A stretch of 64,000 bases of DNA. It comes from Podarcis vaucheri. Taxonomy: Eukaryota. The stretch lies in assembly GCA_965113315.1 (NCBI GenBank), contig OZ220370.1; one strand, 5' to 3'. The notes beneath the pieces were generated by a model that saw nothing but the letters and a program-made list of their open reading frames with translations, was not told the origin of the DNA and made no database searches. This document shows positions 24,145 to 35,330 of the stretch, piece by piece. The first letter of the stretch is position 1. Each line of letters starts with the position of its first letter. A program made the translations under genes and the position numbers.

Positions 24145-24776
24145 CTGTTGATTAATCAGCAGTAATAATAATAATAATAACCGGAGCAGCTTGAAAGATG
24201 GTGGAACTGTCGCTTGAGCCATGAACCGTCTTTCTGTTGTTTGCAACAGAGTTGATCTTGGATTATTTTGGAAGAGGTGGAAAGCGGGGATGGGGGGGGT
24301 AAGAGAGAGAGAGAGAAAGAGAGAGAGAAGGAAGGAGGAGGGGGGAAGAGAAAGGAGGAGGAAGACAGAGAGAGAGAGGGAGAAGCGGGGGTTAAAAGCA
24401 GGAAGAAAAAGAAGGGGAGGGAGAAAGAGAGAGGGGAAAATAAAGATTTGCTTTTACAACCCCCCCCCTTCTCGCCCCCTCTGCTGATGGGGAGAGAGAG
24501 AGAGAAAGGGGGAAGCGCAAAGGAGGACCTGAATCTGTCTGGTTATGTTTATGAAAAAGGAAAGAGAGAGGGAGAGAGAGAGCCTGGCTTCTAGTGGCAC
24601 AAACAAGCCCCAAAAAAGGAGGAGGAGGAGGAGAGGCGAGGAGGCTTTTGGAGATTGCAAGGAGATCAGCTCTTTATCAGAAATGTTATCGCTTGTCAGG
24701 ACCTCAGTCTCCGAGCATTACGTCAGTTTCAAGACACCAACACTATTAATATCAAAGGGAGCCTTAGCGAGAGAAA
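24145..24776 (-). other. TRPS1: TRPS1 exon 1 (non-coding 5' leader exon)
   Basis: Minus strand reads ...GCTAAGGCTCCCTTTGATATTAATAGTGTTGGTGTCTTGAAACTGACGTAATGCTCGGAGACTGAGGTCCTGACAAGCGATAACATTTCTGATAAAG... then CT-rich tracts, then AATAATCCAAGATCAACTCTG...GACGGTTCATGGCT...CCACCATCTTTC...GATTAATCAACAG|GTAAGT. Both blocks match the human TRPS1 mRNA 5' UTR as I recall it. Canonical donor GT at 24144-24143. The TSS position is approximate. Confidence 0.85.
24290..24640. repeat. Polypurine (GA/GGA) low-complexity tract inside exon 1
   Basis: (GA)n, GGA and G runs on the + strand; pyrimidine-rich in the mRNA sense. Confidence 0.9.
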
Positions 24777-25050
24777 AGCGCCACCCCAGACGGAGAGCCC
24801 TTAAAGAGACAGTGCAGGCGTCCCCTCTCGCCGCTGCCGGCCTTAGCCCGGCCTCCTCCTCCTCCTCCGGCGGCTCCTCCTCCTCCGTCTCCTCTCGCTC
24901 GCGCAATTCGCAGCAGCGGCGGCGGCAGCGGCAGCCCCACGAGGCGAAGGCGGCCGGGGAAGAATCACATCATTCACACGTCTTTGCCCCTGACGGCCGG
25001 GGCGGGGAGAGGAGAGGGAAGCGGGGTGGGGGAGTGGGTTTCACTTTTGC
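24777..25050 (-). promoter_or_regulatory. TRPS1: TRPS1 core promoter / CpG island
   Basis: Highest CpG/GC density in the window, with GGC/GGA/GCT repeats. TATA-like CTTTAA (minus strand, 24806-24801) lies ~25-30 nt upstream of the inferred TSS. Confidence 0.7.
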
Positions 25051-28000
25051 AAAAGGAGGGAGACTTTATCCTCGTCCCCCCCCCCAAAAAAAAAACCCTC
25101 CTCATTTTTTAAAAGGAAAGAAAAAGAAATGCCCCGCACAGGAAGTTTTCAGAGAAGCTTTTGCACCCAGTCAGCCCACTGGCTGCCTCAATGCTGGCAG
25201 AGGCTCTACGGTTGTTTAAAATTGGGGGGGGGGTGTTGTTCCCTACCTGGAGATGCCAGGAATTGAACTTGCAGTGCGAAAGAGCTGCCCCTGGTTTTGC
25301 ATGGGGATGGGGTGGGGGCTTGTCTAGGGCTGGTGCAAGTTTGGGAGCTCACCTTTCCACAGGAGGGATCAGATCCTCAGCTGCCTGCCTTGGGAAAGAT
25401 GGATTTGGAAAAGTCACAGCATGAAAAAGAGCCTGCATGCAATTTTATGGTTGGAAGTCCCTTGCTCTGTGGGGGAAAGAGAGAGACTTAGGAAAACATC
25501 TAACAGCCCAAATCGAGAGTTGGTTAGTGGTGCAAGTAACTTTCATTTGCTTGTTTTTCATATTAGGTCATTTCTTTTTCATGCAACCCTAAGCAAGACG
25601 CCGCATGAACAGCAGTGCCGAGCCCCTGAAGGGTTTTATCATATAGGTGGTGTACAGTTATATACAGTATGCTCTCGTATGGAAACTTCTAATTAACAAA
25701 AGTCAGATTCCCTATACTGTAAATTACCAACCGTCTATGACATTTTTTTAAAAAAAATCCTCTAAGGAAAATTTCTTGGTGAAACAATTTTCAATGTAAA
25801 ACAAGGAGGTGCCTAAAGAAGGCAAACATTTGTGGGACACTTGTAGAACCCTTCCCCCCCCATAGATTACTTGCTGTGGTGTTCTTCCCCTTTGTAATAC
25901 ATTTTAAATTGGCTTCAGACTTCAAGCAGTCGCAATCTAGTTTATTCTCGCTCCTAGTAAGAGATTATCCAGCCAGGAAGCATGAAAAAGCTAATTATTA
26001 GCTAGACATAAAGTTATTTCGCACAAAATACGTTTCACTTCATATACAATGTTTCCCTGAAAAGTGTCCTTTTGGTGGTGGGGAGGGGGCGCACAATGCA
26101 ACTAAAATATTTCAATTTAGCAAACAAAGCAAAAATTAATTTGAAATAAACCAAGGCCTGTTTTGCTAGATTAATCGTTTGCTTATCTTTCGTATAATAT
26201 ACTGGAAGATGTGTAAACTAACTCATTAATTCATATTCCTCCACCACCCACCCCACAAGCTTACTTAGGTTCTTTTGTAGGTTTTGTCTGATAAGCACTT
26301 CATGAATACGAATGCAATAATTCACAGGCAAGAGGTGAACTTGTGAGGTAAGTAAAATGTAGTTGCTTTATCTGACATATACCATGTTACTTTAAAGAGG
26401 GAGAGGAGAATCATTACACGATGTGGAGGACTGATTATATACTCCATCACCAGAAATTCAGTTGGGAAAGCTAAGAAAGGTAATACTCATATCTGTGGTG
26501 GAATTTAAAGTTACCAAGGACTATTTGCATTTTTAATGGTGGAATAATTTACTGTAGTACATTGCTAATATCTACTATAAGCACTCTTTGGGGAAGCAAG
26601 GTCTGCACGTTTTATTTTATTAAGCTCTAAATCCGATTGCTGAAGAAATTTTAGACAGAGACAATGTCTGGAATAATTTACGCAAACAAGGACTGGCGTT
26701 CATTTTTCCATCAATAAGGTTTTAGACGACTCTAGAATACTTAGTTTAAACTAAACAAAGTCTTGTCTCTAGGTAACTTGCGACCCAACATGCAAGTAAG
26801 TTAATCTGGTAGCATCATGTTAGGTTCAGGAATATGAATCAGGTGAAGCAGTAGGTCCCTTGGGTTAACTGGGTCATGGGTTCGACTGCGAGGGAGCAAA
26901 CTGAATATGCCTGAACAAGCTTGTCAGCTGGCACTGTGAATGGAAAGTATAAAACAAAAAATAGAGGTGATTGCTTCTTACATGCCCCTGGCACTGATAG
27001 AATCAGGCTTTACAAAAATGAATTCTGTTCCCTTTCATGTGGACTTCAGTATCATCACAAGGTGATTTTGAAAAAGAAATTCTAACAAAGGTTCAAACAG
27101 CTCAGTCTGTAACTTTGTCCCCAATTTCCCCAGATGTGAATTCACTTAAAACTATTGTGTAAAATTACTGATAACTAACGCATCTTACCATAAGCACAAA
27201 CTTTTTGAAATGATGCACGTATCCTTTCCAACATATCACTCGGACAATAACTCCTAAGGATTTACATGGCCAGGTTAAAAAATGAAATGCTAGAATGATC
27301 CCCACCCAACACACACATCTCTACTTCATAAATAGTAAGGCCAAGCTGTATTATTTTCCAATAGGAAAATCCTGGAAAAACTGTATTAGCAAAGCACCTC
27401 TAAAATAGTCTGTCTGACATCTACAGCATTTTCCCTTAAAATAAACCAAATATCAAAAACAGGCTAATTAATAAGCAGCTAAAGTTAACTGGGAAAAGAG
27501 CCACAAAGAACTTGATAAAAGCAAAAACAAAACAAAGATGCAGCAAAGTGTTTTGGGTTATCTTTTTCCACAAGCAAAGTTATTTATTTATGAAAAAATT
27601 TACGGAGAAAATTTCTACCTCATGCTCAAGGCTTTAGCACATGCTTCTGATTGGCACAATATGTGGATACACAAAGGGCCTCATGAGGTCCATTTAGTTA
27701 GCCTAAAATAAATATTTCCAACTCATTCTTGAGCTCAAATAATTGCTTGATTGTAACTTCTAATATGCATGGGTCAGTTATTCTATTGTTTCTTTCAAGT
27801 ACTTGTCCATCTGTTTTTGAGACCCTAAACATCTAAATTATATAAATTACATAAAGCGAGATACTGAAGGGTCTTTTTTATTCTGCTGTCCAGTACTGTC
27901 AAGCACATCTATTTTGTTTGTTTGCTTTAATTAACAGACTATTTGTTTTCTTTGAAACCAGGTTACCCACAAAGTGAGACACTTTTTGCGGCAGGAATTG

Positions 28001-29218
28001 CAAAAGGTGTGGGTGACTTATAATGAATATAAACATTGATCAGTTCATCCAGCCAGATTTATAAAGTCCCCCCCCCCTTCTACGGGAAGGGGGTGGGGGT
28101 GGAAACCACAAAAAGATTTAAACTGAGGTACAGCCCAGCCAAATTTAAGCATTTCCCCAGTTCCACTGCTTTCAACGAGAGTTATGCATCAGTTTAATTT
28201 TAGCCACATTGAAATCAACGAAACTAGTTTCTTAACTCTTATTCCGCACTGAGACAAAATAGAAAGACCAGTGACGGTTACATCTTGAAAGAAAACAGCA
28301 TAGCTGCCTTTGTTTATCAAGATGAAACAGCGTGCCATCTATGCCTTTATTGTTTAATGCTGAGGAGGAGGGGTGGTTTTTTTTCTCTCTCATCTTCTTG
28401 TAGTTTATTCAACATAGATACAGGGAAGGATTAGCAGTTAAGCACAAGCAAACGTGTTTTACAATTTCAACCTTTTAGTGCATAACTTCCTTACTTAAAC
28501 TACTAGAGCCTATAATCACAACGATTTTACCTGATGGAACACGTTTTTCAGAAATATAATCCAACTGTTTATCCTAACATGTCATAAATTGCAATTCTCC
28601 CCAAAAGCCTGTAAGACTGACATCCATCGCTCTTAAAACGCCTATTGCCTTTGCAGACACATCATCAACAAAGGATTTCTCCATTATTATTCCCCAACTT
28701 AGTTAAATACGAGTTCTGAGGTTGCCTTTGCTCAACACACGATTGTCCCGAAGGCCATTTTGAGGTCATCCGTGTTCACATCAGGCACATGACAACCACA
28801 CAGTGAGTTGACTGTTGGGTGGCAGATGAGGAAAAAAAATCCTGGAACCTGTCCAGGCCCAATTTTATGTGTGAAAGTTCTGTAAAATTTTGCTTTATTG
28901 TCTCCCTTAATTAGGATTTATGAGGAGCATTTCCTGAAGTGTCACAGTGTTGTGTTGCAACGTTCTTGGGAATTTAAACACCATCACTGGCAAAGTGGCA
29001 GGCAGTTGGGCCACCTGATTGCAGTGTGCATCCAGGGTGACATGAATCTCTCAACAGCATTTTGGTAGAGAGCTTGAGAGTTGCTCCTGTTCAACAGGCA
29101 GGGCCCCTGAATTCGATGCTGAGGATCCCCTTGAGGAGATTGATACCTGACAAAGAGCCCAGGCTTTCCATGATGCTGTAAACATCACCAAAAAAAAAAC
29201 CCACCTTCCTTCTGTCCT

Positions 29219-29797
29219 CATAGAATCATAGAGTTGGAAGAGACCACAAGGGCCATCGAGTCCAACCCCCTGCCAAGCAGGAAACACCATCAGAGAACTC
29301 CTAACATATGGTTGTCAAGCCTCTGCTTAAAGACCTCCAAAGAAGGAGACTCCACCACACTCCTTGGCAGCAAATTCCACTGTCGAACAGCTCTTACTGT
29401 CAGGAAGTTCTTCCTAATGTTTAGGTGGAATCTTCTTTCTTGTAGTTTGGATCCATTGCTCCGTGTCCGCTTCTCTGGAGCAGCAGAAAACAACCTTTCT
29501 CCCTCCTCTATATGACATCCTTTTATATATTTGAACATGGCTATCATATCACCCCTTAACCTCCTCTTCTCCAGGCTAAACATGCCCAGCTCCCTCAGCC
29601 GTTCCTCATAAGGCATCGTTTCCAGGCCTTTGACCATTTTGGTTGCCCTCCTCTGGACACGTTCCAGTTTGTCAGTGTCCTTCTTGAACTGTGGTGCCCA
29701 GAACTGGACACAGTACTCCAGGTGAGGTCTGACCAGAGCAGAATATAGTGGCACTATTACTTCCCTTGATCTAGATGCTATACTCCTATTGATGCAG
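29219..29797 (-). mobile_element. CR1 LINE 3' fragment with intact ORF2 C-terminus (29290-29754)
   Basis: [19 protein letters not shown]...[12 protein letters not shown] is the canonical CR1 ORF2; (TCATAGAA) tail. Confidence 0.97.
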
Positions 29798-31374
29798 CTT
29801 TAATCTTCCAACATTCAGAGTTTCTGATGACTCTAGTTTCTAGTATTACGACCAAGGTAGAAAAAGTTCCCTATCTACTTTGTTGTTCTTGTGAGCTCGC
29901 CAGAGGCATCCGACTCTCCTCTGTTAGAAATGGGTTGCAGGGCAAGATGAATCTTTGGTCTGATCTGTTCTTCCATTCTGATAAGACGATGGCAACAACA
30001 CAGAGGGATGCATTTCATATGTGAATTAGCCAACAGGCAGAACTTTCTGATCTGCCAGGCATCAAGTGCTTAGTAATCAAATAATAAACAAAGGTATGGG
30101 TGCATATATATTTTTAGTCAGGCCGAAGGAAAATTACATTAAATATTAGGATGAACTGTTCTGATAATGTAAGCGGCAGCAGAAACGGCTGACTGGCTAT
30201 GGAATAAATTTGTCAGTTTAAATTCTAAGCCAGAACACTTTTAGTAGAGAATATTTTTATTACTAATAATAACTATTGTTATTATTTGGACATTAATTTA
30301 GTAGCTGAGGATACTGTGCAGTTGTTTGAGCAGTTATTAAACAAAGTGACATATAGGATTAATACTGTGAATTGTCAAGATCCTGAGGATTCTGCATCTT
30401 AAATTGCATAGGCAGAGGCAGACTGTATTTCAACTCTGGACTGGGCCATGAAACTCACTGGATGGCCTTGGGCCAGTCACTGTCTCTCAGCCTAACCAAC
30501 CTCCTGAAGGCAAAATTAGTTCACTCTTTGCAGATATGCCACCTTCGACTCTTTTGCAGCTATGTAATAAATGTGTATGCAGTGCAATCTTGTGCATGTC
30601 TATTCAGAACAAGTCCTCCCTAAACTCCATGTGGATTTCTCCCAGATGCCTGTGTGTAGAAAAGCAATCTTAATTAATTAAAGGAATAAATTGCACTTTT
30701 CTTTCCTCCGGAACCATCAGTAGACTTTTGGCTTCTGTTCTGCACATTAGGTGGCAAACCTCTCTCAATTATTGATTCATTTATATGGATCTATAGCACA
30801 CAGACCATGCAATTCCAGGTCAGGTTATATGCAGTTTAATATAGCAAATATTGTTTGTCTAATGCAAACAAACCAGGACTTCTCAACATCTGGTTTTGAA
30901 CTACAACTCCTGTTCACCCTAACCAGTGTAGTCGTTGGTCAGGGATGATGGGAGCTATATCTTCTCAGCTTAGAGAAGACTGCACTAAAACACAAAACAA
31001 AATGTGTAAAACAGCAAAAGCAAATCGGCAATGATACTGCAGAATTAGTGCTGGTGGATAATTCTGATCTTGTCCCAACTCCCTAAAAGAAGGCCTGCGC
31101 AAAAAAAGGATTGTCTTGAATCACCACCAATACATGCACAATTATGGGGCCAGGCACACCTTGAAGGGGAGGGCTTTCCACTGCAAAGGAGGTCCTCTCA
31201 TGAACCATCACCCCATGAACTTCACAGCATGGCAGATCTAACAGCAGTGCCTCTCCTGCAGGCAAGTCTATATGGGAAAGTCAATTGCTATATTGTACTA
31301 TTCACTGAGCCAGTACAAAGGCAAAATGTACTGGTAAATAACTAATTTTATTGAAGGATCACTTTGTGAGGGGG

Positions 31375-31675
31375 GGTCAAGAACTTTTTCCCATCTGAGA
31401 GCCACACTGCCTCCTGGGCAACCTTCAGAGGGCCACATGTCAATGGTAGGTGTGGCTAGAGGCAAAAACAAGCTGAGCATTGAATGTGAATGTTACCTTT
31501 GTACAGTAGCCTATTTCTACACACACACATCCCTCTGCATCCTCCACACAGACAAGCAAGAAGCATTGTTAGAGTTCAAGGACAAATTCCAGCCAGACAA
31601 AGAAGATTGTGACTTGGAGAGGGTGTGTGGCTTAGATAAATCCACTACGCTAAGGCTGAGGTTCTCACTCTTAGG
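31375..31675. mobile_element. hAT-type MITE (degenerate)
   Basis: GGGTCAAGAACTTTTTCCCATCTGAGAGCCACA...GAGGGCCACATG...GCTGAGGTTCTCAC. Relatives at ~41320-41420 and 50275-50975. Confidence 0.55.
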
Positions 31676-33195
31676 ATAGGAGGTAACACACTAGGGTCAT
31701 CACATTATTACTGTTTCCGTTCTATTGTGTTGGCAGAAGGCAGCCAGCTGGCACTCAGTTTGCCTTGGAGTGTTCCACTGCTGATCCCTATTCCAAAATA
31801 TTTGACCTGACCAAAATGTTTCTAAAACTATGAAACCAGAAGATGCAAGGCTCTGATAAGAATACACTTTGAGACGCAAGAGGTTTAGGAAATGGTGCTA
31901 TTCCAGTTTCAACATATATATTGTAGGGCATCCAACAGGAAATAGTCTCCCCCAGTCCCAGACCACATTCGTATTTTTATTTTATTTTATTTTTATACCA
32001 CACTTTTCCCCATGGGAGCCCATGTGCTGAGCTGCATAAAAAGCCAATCTATGCAATAAAAACTTACTTAAAATACATCCTTTAAAACTTAATACAAATA
32101 ATACCAGCAACTGAGATTATGATAGACCAGAATTCTCCAGCCTGTTTTCTGGATGTTTGCTGCTGCAAAACTCCCAACAGATCCAGCCAGACCCAACCCA
32201 ACGACTTCCCAATGTTTTGGTTTACAGCTTCCATCAGCCTCAGTCATTGCAGCTGAACCCTAGGTTGGCGAATGCTGCAATACAGAAGAGATAGAAATTT
32301 GGGTAAACAAAATATGACCTCCATCTGGCTGAGCACCAACAATACATGAGACGGATACACTATCCTGGGGCGGGATTCCACAAATGGGGTGTTGCCATGG
32401 AGAAGATCATGTCTTGAGTCACCACCCGAAATGCCACCCTCATCCGTGGCACCAACACAACTACTGAGCAACTCACAAAGTATTTGAAATTTATAACATA
32501 GGTTAGATAGTTTGCCCTATTCCACCATTTTCTTGTAGGTATTTCCAATGCATAATAAAGGATTAAAACACCAAAGGATCTTCCCATGTTATGATCATGT
32601 CTTTGAATAAACAGAGGTCCTTCGTAGCTGATCCTGCTAACTGGTAACTTTTTTCCACAAGTGAAAACCCTACTCCAAAATTACAAGGAATGTCAATTCA
32701 ATGCTGTACCATTTTTCCTTAGGGCTCACTTATTTAAAACATTTTTATCTCCCACAAGGCAAATAAAGGGTCCCAGAGTGACTTGCAAATGTCAGTGATA
32801 AGAGACTCAATTCCCAGAGGCTTCCAGTCTAAACAACATGACAGAAAAGATACGGGACTGGGGGAACCAGAGAACTATTTCTTAGTTACAGAGTTCTCAT
32901 GATGACCTTCTGGGATGGAAATAATTTAAGGAGAGGAGCAGCCAAAAGTTCCTGGTCTTTCAGCAGAGCTAACCTGAAATCCCATCTCTCTCCCTCTCCT
33001 TTAGCCTGAAGAAATGGCTACTGATGATAGCTGGGGGAGGAACCTGAGAGACAGGTTCAACAATGCATCCGGTCTAATTTTTGCTCAGTGAGGGTCATGT
33101 CCTTGTAAAGATGCACAGAATAGGATCTCTGGCTGGCAATTATGTCATGCAGGCCATCATTGGACAACATAGGAAATTTCTCCTCTTGGAGATTA

Positions 33196-33262
33196 TCATA
33201 GAATCATAGAGTTGGCAGAGACCACAAGGGCCATCGAGTCCAACCCCATGCCAAGCAGGAAA
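33196..33262 (-). mobile_element. Extreme 3' tip of the young CR1 family
   Basis: TCATAGAATCATAGAGTTGGCAGAGACCACAAGGGCCATCGAGTCCAACCCC, near-identical to the 29219 end. Confidence 0.9.
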
Positions 33263-33789
33263 AATTAGATTAGATTAGGCAGGAACTGAGTTTTTGGTGC
33301 TTCCAGGGTGCTATAAAAACTTAGCTATTTGGCTCAGGCATTTCCAGACTGTATGGCCAGTTTTCAGCACCCTGACTGCTGTAATTGATAATATTTTACT
33401 GATATGGTTTTTACAGATAGGTTTAAGATTTGATATTATGTGTCTGGCTTGGGGAGGGTTTTTTTGTTTTTGTTTTTCGCTTGTAAACCACTTTGGTACT
33501 CTCTAGAGTAAAAGATGGTATATAAATAGTAAATACAGGGGGGAAAAGTTATTCTGGCAATATCTATCTGCTATCATAAGCAAATTTTCGAAGTCCATCT
33601 AGACCTTTTTTAAAAAAAGTTTACTATTAAAATGCACAATTGTTTCCAGATCATAATTTTTAACTGGATTTTTAAAATGTTTGCATCGTTTTTAGAAATG
33701 AAGCTGATTTCATGGTTTATACACTTTTTTATTTATGGTTTTCACTGTTTATAATTGTGTATTTTTAAGTTTTATAAACAAACTTCATT

Positions 33790-34310
33790 AAATCTCATGT
33801 ACACGCATTCAATAACTACAAAAGATAAACTCCATATAATAAATACATTATAAATGTTATAATTAATGTTATATCACATAGAAAAAACTGCCGTTCAAAA
33901 TTTATGTTATATTTATTTTTCATAAATTCAATAAGGTTTCATTTATCTCTCATATTTTCTCTTTCTTGTGTGCCTTCTTTTACTCTAATCAATTTCATAA
34001 GCTCAAACATTGTTACCCCCACAAATTTTTGGTCAACCACTCTTTCACTGTTGGTGGTAACCTATTTTTCCTTTTTTGTGTGCAGCTAGCATGCAAGGAA
34101 GTACTATTAAATTCCATATTAAATCCTTATGGTTTATTTGTGTCTCTAAATGCCTTAATAAAATTATCAGGGGTCCAATGGTAAAATGTAATATGTTATT
34201 AATGATATTATCTTTACTACCTCTCCCCAAATGATTTAAACTATTGCACAGGTCCACCAAATATGTCCCATATCCTTTTTTAAATATCCACTTCGCCAAC
34301 CCTTTCCATC
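33790..34310 (-). mobile_element. L1-clade LINE ORF2 C-terminal remnant
   Basis: Minus-strand frames give GHIWWTC...IIWGEVVKII...LPLDP and PPTVKEWLTK, typical of the non-mammalian L1 ORF2 C-terminus; stops and frameshifts present. Confidence 0.7.
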
Positions 34311-34688
34311 ACACATTTTAATGCTTATATTGTTTTGATATTTGGAACTGTTTTTAATTGTTTTTACGCCGTTGTTTTATGGTTGTAAACGTTTCATAAA
34401 TGTATATTTGATTGTAACCCATACTGGGACCTTATGGTAAAAGGTGGAGAAGAGATGTTAAATGTTTTAAATTATTTGAAATTTGCAATTATTTAACATA
34501 ATTTTATTCTTTTTCTTGGCAAGGCTCCCGTGTCTTTTAACAGCAACTTGACAGAGAGACAAGAGAAACGTTTCCTGGAGTGATGGAGAAAAGCAGAAAC
34601 AGTAAAATAAAATAAAAATATGTTAACAACCCTAGGCATGTACACACCCCTTAGAAACCTAGGAAGCTGACTTATATTGAGTTGGACC

Positions 34689-34864
34689 CAGTGCTTTTTT
34701 CTGGGGGGTGGAACGCAGGGGGGCGCATACCCCTTAACATTTTGTGATCTAACGGGAGAAGAAACTAAAATTCTTTAAAAAAATTAGTTTATTCTCTAGC
34801 ACGGTGAATCGTCACGGTGAATGAGAGTACCCCTAAACTTTTTCTTTTAGGAAAAAAAGGACTG
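34689..34864. mobile_element. hAT-type MITE
   Basis: TIRs CAGTGCTTTTTT / AAAAAAAGGACTG; 8-bp imperfect TSD GTTGGACC/GTTGGGTC. Confidence 0.8.
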
Positions 34865-35137
34865 GTTGGGTCAATAGTCAATTTAGCTCAGTATTGTCTA
34901 CAATGACTGTCAGCAAGCAGCTCAGGGCTTCAGGCAATGGAGTGGCATTAGTAGACAGTGGGGTGGGGCAGTGGTGACTTCCAGCGGCCAGTCTTGTCCA
35001 CCCCCCAACCCTCCCAGTAGGTAGGAACATCATGATCAACCACAGGTCAAGGGAATGCCACACAACACGGCCCACTACAGTCTCCTTGCCTTGCCAAGAG
35101 ATGCTGTGGATTGAACCTAGGACCATCTGCTCTACTA

Positions 35138-35330
35138 CAGTGGTACCTCGGGTTACAGACGCTTCAGGTTACAGACTCCGCTAACCCAGAAATAGTACCT
35201 TGGGTTAAGAATTTGCCTCAGAATAAGAACAGAAATCGTGTGGCAGCGGGAAGCCCCATTAGCTAAAGTGGTGCTTCAGGTTAAGAACAGTTTCAGGTTA
35301 AGAACGGACCTCCAGAACGAGGTACAACTG
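35138..35330. mobile_element. pogo/Tigger-like MITE
   Basis: CAGTGGTACCTCG ... CGAGGTACAACTG flanked by TA/TA. Confidence 0.9.

Noticed and set aside
24145-24222. Signal-peptide exon of a secreted or membrane protein gene
   Set aside because: The flanking sequence matches the TRPS1 leader, and TRPS1 is a nuclear factor. The hydrophobic run is a TTA microsatellite, so I treat it as a uORF.
24545-25219. 224-aa + strand ORF across the promoter, and other ORFs at 23128-24906
   Set aside because: Low-complexity products of GA/GC-rich promoter DNA, antisense to TRPS1 exon 1, with no domain.
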